Source: Chrysomallon squamiferum | Lineage: Eukaryota > Animalia > Mollusca | Direction: 5' to 3' | Assembly (NCBI GenBank): GCA_012295275.1 | Contig: CM022673.1 | Span: forward strand, 24,242,001 to 24,306,000 | DNA length: 64,000 nucleotides | Part shown: in pieces, positions 1 to 12,000 of the stretch | Layout: every line of letters starts with the position of its first letter | Position numbering within the stretch: the stretch's first letter is position 1 | Translations under genes and position numbers: made by a program | The notes under the pieces: model-generated | What the model saw: the letters and a program-made list of their open reading frames with translations, nothing else | Databases searched by the model: none | What the model was told of the DNA's origin: nothing

Positions 1-1
1 T

Positions 2-223
2 ACACGAAGTTATGACGTAACGCACCAAATGTGCTGCGGGGGAAACGTTGCGAACAGAAGAGGAATACGTTTTGCCTGTTGTGGACCACGAAGTTACGAT
101 GCGTCATTAAAAATGTGCTGCGGGGGAAACGTCGTCTTCATAACAGGATATCGTCCTGCATGTTGTGGAAAGCAAGGTTATGATGCAACATACCACAAGT
201 GCTGCAATGGTCGTATTTGCTAG
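2..223 (+). CDS. Galaxin-like di-Cys repeat secreted protein, copy 1 (3' part of exon 2; gene starts before the window)
   Basis: Frame reads TRSYDVTHQMCCGGNVANRRGIRFACCGPRSYDASLKMCC...HKCCNGRIC*. Near-identical to copies 2 and 3. AATAAA at 286-291. Confidence 0.85.
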   Translation, partial: TRSYDVTHQMCCGGNVANRRGIRFACCGPRSYDASLKMCCGGNVVFITGYRPACCGKQGYDATYHKCCNGRIC

Positions 224-1168
224 AAGAAAACAAGTACGAATTCAAAACTTGCAGCATTGTTCTATAGAAGAATGCTAATATAATTAATAAATATAATGTT
301 TTTCATTGATTACCTGTAAATTCTGTTCTCATTTTTATATTGACAGTCGAATTTTGAAGCAAGAAAAGAAAGAAAAACACAGCTAATAACAAAATATAAT
401 TATTCTATTCGAAATTCGAGGAAATATCCTAGAATTTGAATCATACAGTCAATAAAGTCATTAGCAAATATCAGCAAAATAGTGATTTTACAATGCACTT
501 ATTTTACACCACAGTAAGAACATGTTAATATTTTTATCTACTGTGGATGTGTATCGTACTTATTTTATGCAAGGTAAATTACTTCTTCTTTCTCGATACA
601 TTTCAATTCTTATTTCAATATATTAAAGAAAGGAATTGATAATAAGTAACAATAATGTATCTGTTTTATACATTAAAAATATATAAATGGTGCCAATAAA
701 TTAACTTCTTAAGATATTTATTAGCAATATTAACATCACATAATATTGTTAGTTTTAAAATTTTATGTAACATATCTTTCTAAACCAATGCGAAATTGTG
801 ATTATGAATAATTTCCCAACAATAATAATGTCACAAACTATTCATACAGTACAGATGTCAGTTTTAGAAATGTCAACCATATATTGATAACCCCAAACAT
901 TTTTAATCCATTTACAAGCGTTTATCCATGCCCTAGAAAATGGAATCCTCCTGTAGATAGACATATCAAGTTTGTCGACCTTTGATCAATGTTAAATTGA
1001 AATAAAAATATGTTTTTTTCTTAATTATTTGATGTTACTTGAGTGTAATATATACACTGTGTCTACTGTCTATAACAGTATAATTGTAGTGATTTATTTT
1101 TCTGTTCGAAGTATTCACCTTGTTTGCTTTTCAGTTCTTAAATAATATCCAGACCAGGAATTTTAACT

Positions 1169-1227
1169 TCCCAAGTGGACTAGTGGTTAGGATTTCGCGG
1201 GCCGGGGTTCGATTACCCGCTTGGGAA
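1169..1227 (+). pseudogene. tRNA-Glu pseudogene lacking the anticodon
   Basis: Matches 7380-7451 but has a 13-nt deletion (ctctcaccgcgac: anticodon loop and 3' stem strand), plus T11A in the A box and C>A in the B box (GGTTCGATTAC). Confidence 0.9.
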
Positions 1228-1395
1228 AATGTTTGATTTACTTTTTCTTTCATCTTTTTCGATACCTATGAGTCGTTACTTCAGTATATTAAAGAAAGAA
1301 ATTGATAAGATGGAATAACAATTTATCTGTGTTTGACAAATGTATAAATATTGTCTAGCTAAAAAGAAAAGAACATATACATATATATATATATT

Positions 1396-1448
<53 letters not shown>

Positions 1449-2720
1449 GTATATATGTATATTATGTATACGTATGGCTGTAACTGAACTCTGAAATGAG
1501 GCAAAAACCTGTATGATGTCTGATGTTGATGGCTTTGAAGTCAGTTTTGTCATTCATCGCGACGATGTTGGTAGACATCAAACGGTAAGCGTACACATAA
1601 ACGAATTCATTCAGTGGATATCGTTTCAATCGGATTGTAAATTTATAGTTTATGTTTTTTGAATAAAATCTTTGTATAAAAGAAAAAAGTTTTAAAAAAT
1701 TAAAAAATTAAACAAATTTATAAAATTAAAATCGTCACTGAAGGTATGTTAGACTGGCTTGATACATATCTACACTTGTGATTCGATAGCTGTATATCAA
1801 ACTAAATTGTGGATATATTTAATGGCGTACATGTGTAGGCACGTGCAGATGCGCAAAATCTGTCCACCTATTGGAGTGCTGAACATTTTCCATTGGCCAT
1901 TACCGTTATAATACTCAGATGTGTTAACAAAGTGTGAAACTTTGGAACCCAGATGAACATATAAATGACATAAGCTGGCCTAATTCGTGACTGTGCCTAA
2001 GAAAGAAATTAGATCATTTTTTTACTTAGAAATGTTAATCGTTTTATAATTTTAGATTCATTTGATGAGCTATCGAAAACTGAAAATAATAAGTTTTCTT
2101 TATCTTCGATTGGTGAACGTTGGTTTGTTTTTGCTTTAACAGTGTTAAAGTATTCGATCGAATTCTCCACCTCTGTAATAACAGATCCACGGTATTCAGG
2201 TTAGTAGTAAGTAAAACTGTCTAATCTGCATAGTTTAGCAACAGAACATTTATAAATGTTTATATTATCCATTTTCTTATATCGTTATTCTAAAATTGTC
2301 AGATGTGATGTTTTTTGCATGTATGTGTTTTAAATCATTATTATTATTATTATTGTTGTTGTTGTTGTTGTTGTTAGTATTATGTAGGATTATACATTAG
2401 AGAGAGACTGAAAAGAATTACGACTTTAAAACTTTCTATTTTCTATAAACCTACAATGGCGTCTCTTTCTTCAATTTTTAATATTTTGGACTTGGATGTT
2501 TCCGATTTTATCTTTTCATGTTATATTTTATTTATAAAACTAATAATATTATAGTGTTGTAATATTAAACTATTACAATTTTAAATATTTGCGATTGACT
2601 GGTATTCTGCAGAGTTATATTAATTTATTTTTTTGTGTATTGTATTATTAATGTTATAAATAATGTCATTTATTTTTCTCCAGACCATTAAAAAAAAGAA
2701 AAAAAGAAGAAAAGAAACAA

Positions 2721-3307
2721 ATGAAGAACATTTCTCTTTTGGCTTTTGTTGTCGCTGTATTACTAACACGAATTCAGTCTTTGGTAATATCGACGTCTTC
2801 ACCAGGTATTTATTTCTTTTTTCTTATGAGGTATAACTTTGATTACACAAATAAACAGCCTACACGCATTTCTGAACCCCTTACAGATGATTGTTTTAAT
2901 ATTGTTACGTGTACACACATCGGAATCAGGTAAATGCATGGATCGATAGATAATATATATATATATTTATATGTTAATGTTGAAATTCAGCTGTATGCGG
3001 TCAGAGCACCTACAATCCAAGGTTCAGCATGTGCTGCGCTGGAAACGTTGTGCCCAGCCCAGGAATATGTTATGGATGTTGTGGAACACGAGGTTATGAC
3101 GGAGCGTACCAAATATGCTGCGAGGGAAACGTTGCGGACACAACAGGAATAAGTTTTGCCTGTTGTGGACCACGAAGTTACGATGCGTCATTAAAAATGT
3201 GCTGCGGGGGAAACGTCGTCTTCATAAGAGGATATCGTCCTGCATGTTGTGGAAAGCAAGGTTATGATGCAACATACCACAAGTGCTGCAATGGTCGTAT
3301 TTGCTAG
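2721..3307 (+). CDS. Galaxin-like di-Cys repeat secreted protein, copy 2 (133 aa; exons 2721-2805, 2991-3307)
   Basis: Exon 1 encodes a hydrophobic signal peptide (MKNISLLAFVVAVLLTRIQS). A phase-1 GT..AG intron (2806-2990) joins in frame to AVCGQSTYNPRFSMCC.... The 28-aa/84-bp repeat CCxGNV...CCGxRxYD is typical of galaxin-like proteins. Confidence 0.88.
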
Positions 3308-4251
3308 AAGAAAACAAATACGAATTCAAAACTTGCAGCATTGTTCTATAGAAGAATGCTAATATAATTAATAAATATAATGTTTTTCATTGATTACCTG
3401 TAAATTCTGTTCTCATTTTTAAATTGACAGTCGAATTTTGAAGCAAGAAAAGAAAGAAAAATACAGCTAATAACAAAATATAATCATTCTATTCGAAATT
3501 CGAGGAAATATCCTAGAATTTGAATCATACAGTCAATAAAGTCATTGGGAAATATAACCAAAATAGTGAATTTTCAATGCACTTATTTCACACCACAGTA
3601 ACAACATGTTAATATTTTTATCTACTGTGGATGTGTATCGTACTTATTTTATGCAAGGTAATCGACTTCTTCTTTCTCGATACATTTCAATTCTTATTTC
3701 AATATATTAAAGAAAGCAATTGATAATAAATAACAATAATTTATCTGTTTTATACATAAAAATATATAAATGGTGCCAATAAATTAACTTCTTAAGATAT
3801 TTATTAGCAATATTAACATCACATAATATTGTTAGTTTTAAAATTGTATGTAACATATCTTTCTAAAACAATACGAAATTGTGATTATGAATAATTTCCC
3901 AACAATAATAATGTCACAAACTATTCATACAGTACAGATGTCAGTTTTAGAAATGTCAACCATATATTGATAACCCCAAACATTTTTAATCCATTTACAA
4001 GCGTGTATCCATGCCCTAGAAAATGGAATCCTCCTCTAGATAGACAAATCAAGTTTGTCGACCTTTGATCAACGTTAAAGTAAAATAAAAATATGTTTTT
4101 TTCTTAATTATTTGATGTTACTTGAGTGCAATATATACACTGTATCTACTGTCTATAACGGTATAATTCTAGTGATTTATTTTTATGTTCGAAGTATTCA
4201 CCTTGTTTGCTTTTCAGTTCTTAAATAATATCCAGAGCAGCAATTTTAACT

Positions 4252-4323
4252 TCACAAGTGGACTAGTGGTTAAGATTTCGCGCTCTCACCGCGACGGCCG
4301 GGGTTCGATTACCCCCTTGGGAA
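4252..4323 (+). pseudogene. tRNA-Glu(CTC), probable pseudogene
   Basis: Full 72 nt with CTC anticodon, but five substitutions relative to 7380-7451 disrupt the acceptor stem, D arm/A box and T stem/B box. Confidence 0.8.
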
Positions 4324-5786
4324 AACGTCTGTTTTACTTTTTCTTTCATCTTTTTCGATACCTATGAGTTGTTACTTCAATATATTAAAGAAACAAATTG
4401 GTAAGATGGAATAACAATTTATTTGTAATTGACAAATGTATATATTTTTTTCTAGCTCAAAAGAAAACAACACACACACACAGAGACACACACACACACA
4501 CACACACATATGTATATATGTATATTATGTATATACATGGCTGTAACTGAACTCTGAAATGAGACAAAAACCTGTATGATGTCTGATGTTGATGGCTTTG
4601 AAGTTAGTTTTGTCATTCATCGCGACGATGTTGGTAGACATCAAACGGTAACCGTAGACATAAACGAATTCATTCAGTGGATATCGTTTCAGTCGGATTA
4701 TAAATTTATAGTTTATGTTTTTTGGAATAAAATCTTTGTATAAAAGAAAAAAATTAAAAACATTAAAAAATTAAACAAATTTATAAAACTAAAAATCGTC
4801 ACTGAAGGTATGTTAGACTGGCTTGATACATATCTACACTTGTGATTCGATAGCTGTATATCAAACTAAATTGTGGATATATTTAATGGCGTACATGTGT
4901 AGGCACGTGCAGATGCGCAAAATCTGTCAACCTATTGGAGTGCTGAACATTTTCCATTGGCCATTACCGTTATAATACTCAGATGTGTTAACAAAGTGTG
5001 AAACTTTGGAACCCAGATGAACATATAAATGTCATAAGCTGGCCTAATTCGCGACTGTGCCTAAGAAAGAAATTAGATCATTTTTTTACTTAGAAATGTT
5101 AATCGTTTTACAATTTTAGATTCATTTGCTGAGCTATCGAAAACTGAAAATAATAAGTTTTCTTTATCTTCGGTTGGTGAACGTTGGTTTGGTTTTGCTT
5201 TAACAGTGTTAAAGTATTCGATCGAATTCTCCACCTCTGTAATAACAGATCCACGGTATTCAGGTTAGTAGTAAGTAAAACTGTCTAATCTGCATAGTTT
5301 AGCAACAGAACATTTATAAATGTTTATATTATCCATTTTCTTACCTCGTTATTCTAAAATTGTCAGATGTGATATGTTTTTTGCATGTATTTGTTTTAAA
5401 TCATTATTATTATTATTGTTGTTGTTGTTGTTGTTGTTGTTATTATTACTGTTGTTTTTATTTTATTATTATTAATATTGTTATTGTTGTTATTGTTGTT
5501 GTTGTTAGTATTATGTAGGATTATACATTAGAGAGAGACTGAAAAGAATTACGACTTTAAAACTTTCTATTTTCTATAAACCTACAATGGCGTCTCTTTC
5601 TTCAATTTTTAATGTTATAGTGTTGTAATATTAAACTATTACAATTTTAAATATTTGCGATTGACTGGTATTCTGCACAGTTATATTAATTTATTTTTTT
5701 GTGTATTGTATTATTAATGTTATAAATAATGTCATTTATTTTTCTGCAGACCATTAAAAAAAAGAAAAAAAGAAGAAAAGAAACAA

Positions 5787-6372
5787 ATGAAGAACATTTT
5801 TCTTTTGGCTGTTGTTGTCGCTGTATTACTAACACGAATTCAGTCTTTGCTACTATCGACGTCTTCACCAGGTATTTATTTCTTTTTTCTTATGTAGTAT
5901 AGCTTTGATTACACAAATAGACAGCCTACACGCATTTCTGAACCCTTACAGATGATTGTTTTAATATTGTTACGTGTACACAGATAGGAATCAGGTAAAT
6001 GCCTGGATCGATAGATAATATATATATATATATATATGTTAATGTTGAAATTCAGCTGTATGCGGTCAGAGCACCTACAATCCAAGGTTCAGCATGTGCT
6101 GCGCTGGAAACGTTGTCCCCAGGACAGGAATAACTTCTGGATGTTGTGGCACACGAAGTTATGACGGAACGTACCAAATGTGCTGCGGGGGAAACGTTGC
6201 GAACACAACAGGAATAAGTTTTGCCTGTTGTGGACCACGAAGTTACGATGCGTCATTAAAAATGTGCTGCTGGGGAAACGTCGTCTTCATAAGAGGATAT
6301 CGTCCTGCATGTTGTGGAAAGCAAGGTTATGATGCAAAATACCACAAGTGCTGCAATGGTCGTATTTGCTAG
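5787..6372 (+). CDS. Galaxin-like di-Cys repeat secreted protein, copy 3 (133 aa; exons 5787-5871, 6056-6372)
   Basis: Same exon-intron structure as copy 2. Signal peptide MKNIFLLAVVVAVLLTRIQS; 16 Cys (seven CC pairs plus two single Cys). Confidence 0.88.
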
Positions 6373-7379
6373 AAGAAAACAAGTACGAATTCAAAACTTG
6401 CAGCATTGTTCTATAGAAGAATGCTAATATATTTAATAAATATAATGTTTTTCATTGATTACCTGTGACATTCTGTTCTGATTTTTAAATTGACAGTCGA
6501 ATTTTGAAGCAAGAAAAAAAACAAAAAAAACAACGACCAGCTAATCATAACAACAAAATATAATTATTCTATTCGAAATTCGTAGATATCCTAGAATTTG
6601 AATCGTACAGTCAATAAAGTCATTAGCAAATGTCAGCAAAATAGTGAGTTTACAATGCACTTATTTTACACGACAGTAAGAACATGTTAATATTTTTATC
6701 TACTGTCGATGTGTATCGTACTTATTTTATGCAAGGTAAATTACTTCTTCTTTCTCGATACTTTTCAATTCTTATTTCAATATATTAATGGAAGAAACAA
6801 ATAAGAAGTAACAATAATGTGTCTGTTTTATACATGAAAAAAATAAAAATGGTGCCAATGTTCTAAAGTTTAGTGTCAATAAATTAATTTATTAATATAT
6901 TTATTAGCAATATTAATATCACATAATATTGTTAGCTTTAAAAAAAATTAATTTTATAATTGTTATTTTTAAAATTTCTAACACAATATGAAATTGTGAT
7001 TGTGAATAATTTCCCAACAATAATAATGCCACAAACTATTCATATAGTACAATTATATACCAACAGATTTCAGTTTTAAACATGTGAACCATATATTCAA
7101 TATTGATAACCCCAAAAGCTTTTAATCCAGTTATAAGCGTTTACCAATGCCCTAGAAAATAGAATCCACCTGTAGGTAGTCATATCAAGTTTCTCGACCT
7201 GTGATCAATGTTAAACTGAAATGACAATATGTTTCTTTCTTAATTATTTGTGATGTTACTTGAGAGTAATATATACACTCTGTCTATAACAATATAATTG
7301 TTGTGATTTATTTTTCTGTTCGAATTATTCACCTTGTTTGGTTCAATTGTTAAACAGTATCCAGACGGTATTTGTAACT

Positions 7380-7451
7380 TCCCAAGTGGTCTAGTGGTTA
7401 GGATTTCGCGCTCTCACCGCGACGGCCGGGGTTCGATTCCCCGCTTGGGAA
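7380..7451 (+). tRNA. tRNA-Glu (anticodon CTC), intact
   Basis: TCCCAAG/CTTGGGA acceptor stem, A box TGGTCTAGTGG, TCGCG-CTCTCAC-CGCGA anticodon arm, CGGGG-TTCGATT-CCCCG T arm, downstream T-run terminator. Confidence 0.95.
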
Positions 7452-9056
7452 AACGTTTATTTTTGTTTTTCCTACTTTGTTTCGATACTTTTGAATTGAT
7501 AAGGAGTAACAATTATTTACCTGTTTTAAATATAAAAATAGAAAAATGGTGCCAATATTATAAAGTTTAGTGTCAAAAAATTAATTTAGTAATATATTTT
7601 CTTATTTTTACTTTTATGTATTTATTATCACATAATATTGTTAGTTTTAAAATTATATGTAACATATCTTTCTAAAACAATATGAAATTCTGATTATCAA
7701 TAATTTTCACAACAATAATAATGCAGCAAACTATTCATATAGTACAATTATATACCAACAGATTTCAGTTCTAAACATGTCAACCACATATTGATAACCC
7801 TAAACACTTTTAATCCACTTCCAAGCCCTTGAAAATGGAATCCATCTGTAGATAGACATATCAAGTTGTCGACATGTGATCAACGTTAAACTGAAATAAG
7901 AATATGTTTTCTTTTTTGATCATTTGTGATGATACTTGAGTGTGATATACACACTCTGTTCTAAATATGTGAACCTCATACTGATAACCCAAAATTGTTT
8001 TTAATCCATTTCCAAACGTTTATCCATGCCCTAGAAAATGGAATCCACCTGTAGGTAGTCATATCAAGTTTGTCAACCTGTGATTAAGGTTAAAGGGAAA
8101 TAAGAATATGTTTCTTTCTTAATTATTTGTGATGTTACTTGAGTGTAATATATACATTGTGTCTACTGTCTATAAGAATATAATTGTTGTGATTTATTTT
8201 TCTGTTCGAAGTATTCACCTTGCTTCGTTTTCAGTTCTTAAACAGTATCCAGAAAGGGGTTAGTAACTTCCCAAGTGGTCTAGTGGTTAGGATTTCGCGC
8301 TCTCACCGCGACGGCCGGGGTTCGATTCCCCGTTTGGGAAATTGTTTTTTTTCGATACTTTTGAATTTTATTTCAGTAACAATAATTTATCTGTTTTATA
8401 AATAAAAATATAAAAATGGTGCCAATGTTCTTAAATTTAGTGTCGATAATTTAATTTAGTAATATATTTATTTTTACTTTTTTTTTGTCTATTTATTAAC
8501 AATATTAACATCACATAATATTGCAAGTTTTAAACTTTTATGTATCATATTTCTAAAAGATTTTGAAATTGTGATTATGAATAATTTCCCAACAATAATA
8601 ATGCAACAAACTAGTCATATACGATATAGTACCATTATATACCAACAGATTTCATTTCTAAACATGTCAACCACATATTGATAACCCCCAAAACTTTTAA
8701 TCCACTTCCAAGCGTTTATCCAAGCCCTAGAAAACTAGGAACAAGAAAATCAATCCTGAATGTGGTTGTCAAACTTTGGTTTTGGGGTTGTTGTAGTTGG
8801 CTCGAGTTTTGTTTCTTTTGATCATTTCAAACTGAAACAATTATACCTTAAGCTTACGATTTGTTCAGAACAGATTCTTGAGGTCTATTTAATAAAATAA
8901 AGAACAATTTCCACGACTGTTTTTCAAGACATGTTATAGAGCTTGCACACCATAGCACCACTAAAGTCAAACAAACTGCTCAAAACAACAGACACCTACC
9001 ATAACATGGAAAGACTGTACACTTCACCTTAGAAACTTCAGACTGCATTTGTAACT
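7452..9056 (+). repeat. Short tRNA-array spacer units homologous to the tRNA-upstream part of the 3-kb unit
   Basis: tRNA starts at 7380, 8269 and 9057 (spacings 889 and 788). Spacer motifs (aaaatggtgccaat, aacaataataatg, gataacccc, gccctagaaaa) recur and also match ~650-1168. Confidence 0.85.
8269..8340 (+). tRNA. tRNA-Glu (anticodon CTC), intact
   Basis: Identical to 7380-7451 except one C>T giving a G-U pair in the acceptor stem. T8 terminator follows. Confidence 0.93.
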
Positions 9057-9079
9057 TCCCAAGTGGTCTAGTGGTTAGG
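9057..9079 (+). pseudogene. 5' part (nt 1-23) of a tRNA-Glu gene split by a retrotransposon
   Basis: TCCCAAGTGGTCTAGTGGTTAGG is an exact match to tRNA nt 1-23, preceded by the same tttgtaact flank as the 7380 copy. Confidence 0.92.
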
Positions 9080-12000
9080 TTTAAGTTTACATTTAATAGT
9101 TGCGACACTGAAGGCAGGATTTTAAAAATTAATACGAAAATAGATGAAGAAGAATACAGTTTTATAAATGTATATGCACCAAATAATATTGAAGAAAGAA
9201 TTTTATTTTTTAAAGGATTATGTAAATTTGTGGATTTAAAAAATACAATAATGGCAGGAGATTTTAATGAAATTTTAGATCCTAATTTAGATTTGGGCAT
9301 TAATAATAAAACTTTCAATATAAAAAGTAGTAATGAATTACAGTCAGTTATTTTTAATTATAATTTAGTTGATATTTGGCGACACAGAAATCCAGATAAA
9401 AGGCAATTTACTAGATCTCAAATAGTTGAAAAAACTATAAAACAGTCAAGAATTGATTTATTCTTAATTTCTAGAAATTTATTGCAGTTTATAAGTAATG
9501 TATACATATCCTATACCTCGGTTAGTGATCACAATTTTTTATCACTTAAAATAGATTTTTCTCATGTAGAGAGAGGTCAAGGTATTTGGATCTTTAATAA
9601 TGAATTGTTGAAAGATGAAAGTTTTTGTAAAGCTATTATTGAAGTAATTAATAATGCTTCTGAGTGTCCTTTGTTACAGACTGAACCTAGTGTTTGGTGG
9701 GACAACTTAAAATATAAAATGAAAACATGTGCAAGAAATTTTGCAATAAAAAAAAGAGAAAATCAGATAACGAAAAATATTATAATATACAAAATGCTTT
9801 GAAAAGAGAATATGCTAAACTAGCTGTAAATAATCATCATGATTTGAGTAACATACAAATTTTAGAAGAAAAATTAAAATTAATTGAGAGATCTAAATGT
9901 AATGGTGCTATTTTGAGATCTAAAGCTCATTGGAATCTAGATATGGATAGAAATACCACATTTTTTCTCAGTTTAGAAAAATCAAAACAAGAATCAAATT
10001 CTATTAAAGAGCTAAAAACAGTAAATGGATTAACAAGAAAAACAGAAGATATATTACAATATGCTTATGACTTTTATTCAAAATTATTTACGCAAGAAAA
10101 TGTAGATATTATTAAACAGGAAGAAATAATAAATTTAATATCAAATAAACTAAAAGAATCTGAAAGTGAAAACTGTGAGAAAGACATTACAATTGAAGAA
10201 TTAACTGAAGCTTTAAAAGAAATGAATAGAAATAAATCACCTGGTTTGGATGGTCTAACAGTAGAATTTTATGTTAAATTCTGGGAAAATTTTAAAAATT
10301 TCTTTCATAAAGTAGTTATGTCAATTCAGAAAGAAGAAATGTTGTCACGCAGTATGAAAAAAGGAGTAATTAGTTTATTTTACAAGAAAAAAGGAGATAA
10401 AGCAGACCTAAAAAACTTCAGACCTATCAGCCTTTTAAATGTAGATTATAAAATTATTGCTAAAGTTCTTGCAAATCGTCTTAAACAAGTAATGTCAACT
10501 ATTATTTCATCAGAACAAACCTGTTGTGTAAAAGGAAGAGATATTGCTGACAATATTATGTCAGTAAGAGATATTATAGATATTGTCGAGTTAAATAATA
10601 CAGAAGGGTATATAGTTAAAATAGATCAAGAGAAAGCATTTGATAGAGTATCACATAGTTTTATTTTATAAGTTTTGAAAAAATTCAATTTTGGTGATAA
10701 TTTTATAAAGTGGATTAAAATACTATATAATAATATAAAAAGTTGTGTAAAAATTAATGGACATTTAACACCTTTTTTCAATATTACAAGAGGGGTTAGA
10801 CAAGGATGTCCAATATCAATGATGCTTTATGTTAGTGTAGCTGAACCCTTAAATAATTTAATTAAAAAAAGACATAGCATGAATGGAATTAGAATAACAA
10901 ATGAACTTAATTCTTTATTATTTCAGCATGCAGATGATACTACAGTAACTGTCTGTGATGCTCAGTCAGTAGAAAATGTTTTTAATACAATAAATATGTA
11001 TTGTAGTGCTACAGGGGCAAAAGTCAATGTAGATAAGTCAGAAGTACTTTATCTTGGTAAAACCATGATTGAAAACTTATCCTTTAACATTCCAATATCA
11101 ATAAATAAAAACTATGTTAAAATTCTAGGTATATATTTAGGACCAAATAAACTATTATGTGAAACTTTGAACTGGAAAAATAAATTAACTAAAATGTCTA
11201 TTCTAATTAACTTATGGAGTCAAAGGAAACTTACTTTGCACGGAAAAGCTGAAGTATGGAATACTTTATTAACATCAAGACTGTGGTATATCATTAGCAC
11301 AATAAATGTACCAAATTGGGTAGAAAATGAAATTCATAAATTATTTTGTAAATTTATGTGGGAAGGGAAAACATCTTTAATAAAATATTCAACAATAATT
11401 GGAAATAAAATGTCGGGTGGACTAAATATTCAAGATATTTCATTAAAGAAAATGGCTTTTCGAATAAAAATGTTAAAGAAATATTTTGATAATAATTTAA
11501 AAAATGTGTGGAAATATACAATGTCAATATTTCTTGAAAAATATATGAATATGAATCTAAATTATGACATTTTTAAAATAGTATACAGTAAAGAAGCTTT
11601 AAAAGTTATCAATCCCTTTTATGCTGAAATGTTATCAGCTTGGGACTATGTTAATAATGGAGAACGTAATTTCCCACTTGATACAGATGAAATATTGTCT
11701 CAGCCACTTTTTCAAAATCCATTCATTAAATATAAAAACAAATTATTATTATTTAGTTCTTTTATAAAAAGTGGAATAGTCAAAGTGGCTGATATTGCTT
11801 ATGAAGTAATACCAGGTTTTCTTCCTTTTACAGCTATTGTAGAAATTATTCATGAAAAATCTCCAGAATTATCCAAAAACCAAATTTATATAGCTTACAA
11901 TGTTATTAAGAAATCACTTCCAGATGAATGGAAAAGTTCTATTAACAGAAATGCTAAAAAATTTACTTCTAATAAAGATTTATTTTTGTTTCAGAATAAT

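Larger units (their letters stand above)
1..7460 (+). repeat. Tandem duplication, ~3.07-kb unit (galaxin-like gene + tRNA-Glu copy + spacer)
   Basis: Homologous stop codons end at 223, 3307 and 6372 (periods 3084 and 3065). Non-coding flanks, (CA)n and (TTA/TTG)n tracts recur in register. Confidence 0.95.

Noticed and set aside
2620-2802. Antisense and alternate-frame ORFs over the galaxin and RING exons (e.g. 5686-5868, 16956-18878, 23067-23621)
   Set aside because: Shadows of real coding exons with no independent features.
7334-7570. ORFs overlapping the tRNA copies (also 4185-4367 and 8220-8405)
   Set aside because: The shared peptide PSGLVVRISRSHRDGRGSIP is simply the translated tRNA sequence.
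9071-9079. GTG start of the 243-aa ORF
   Set aside because: It lies in the tRNA fragment. The element is 5'-truncated, so this is a chance in-frame fusion.
10669-10671. Programmed read-through or frameshifting in the element ORF2
   Set aside because: Several independent lesions in a truncated copy are better explained by decay or sequencing error.
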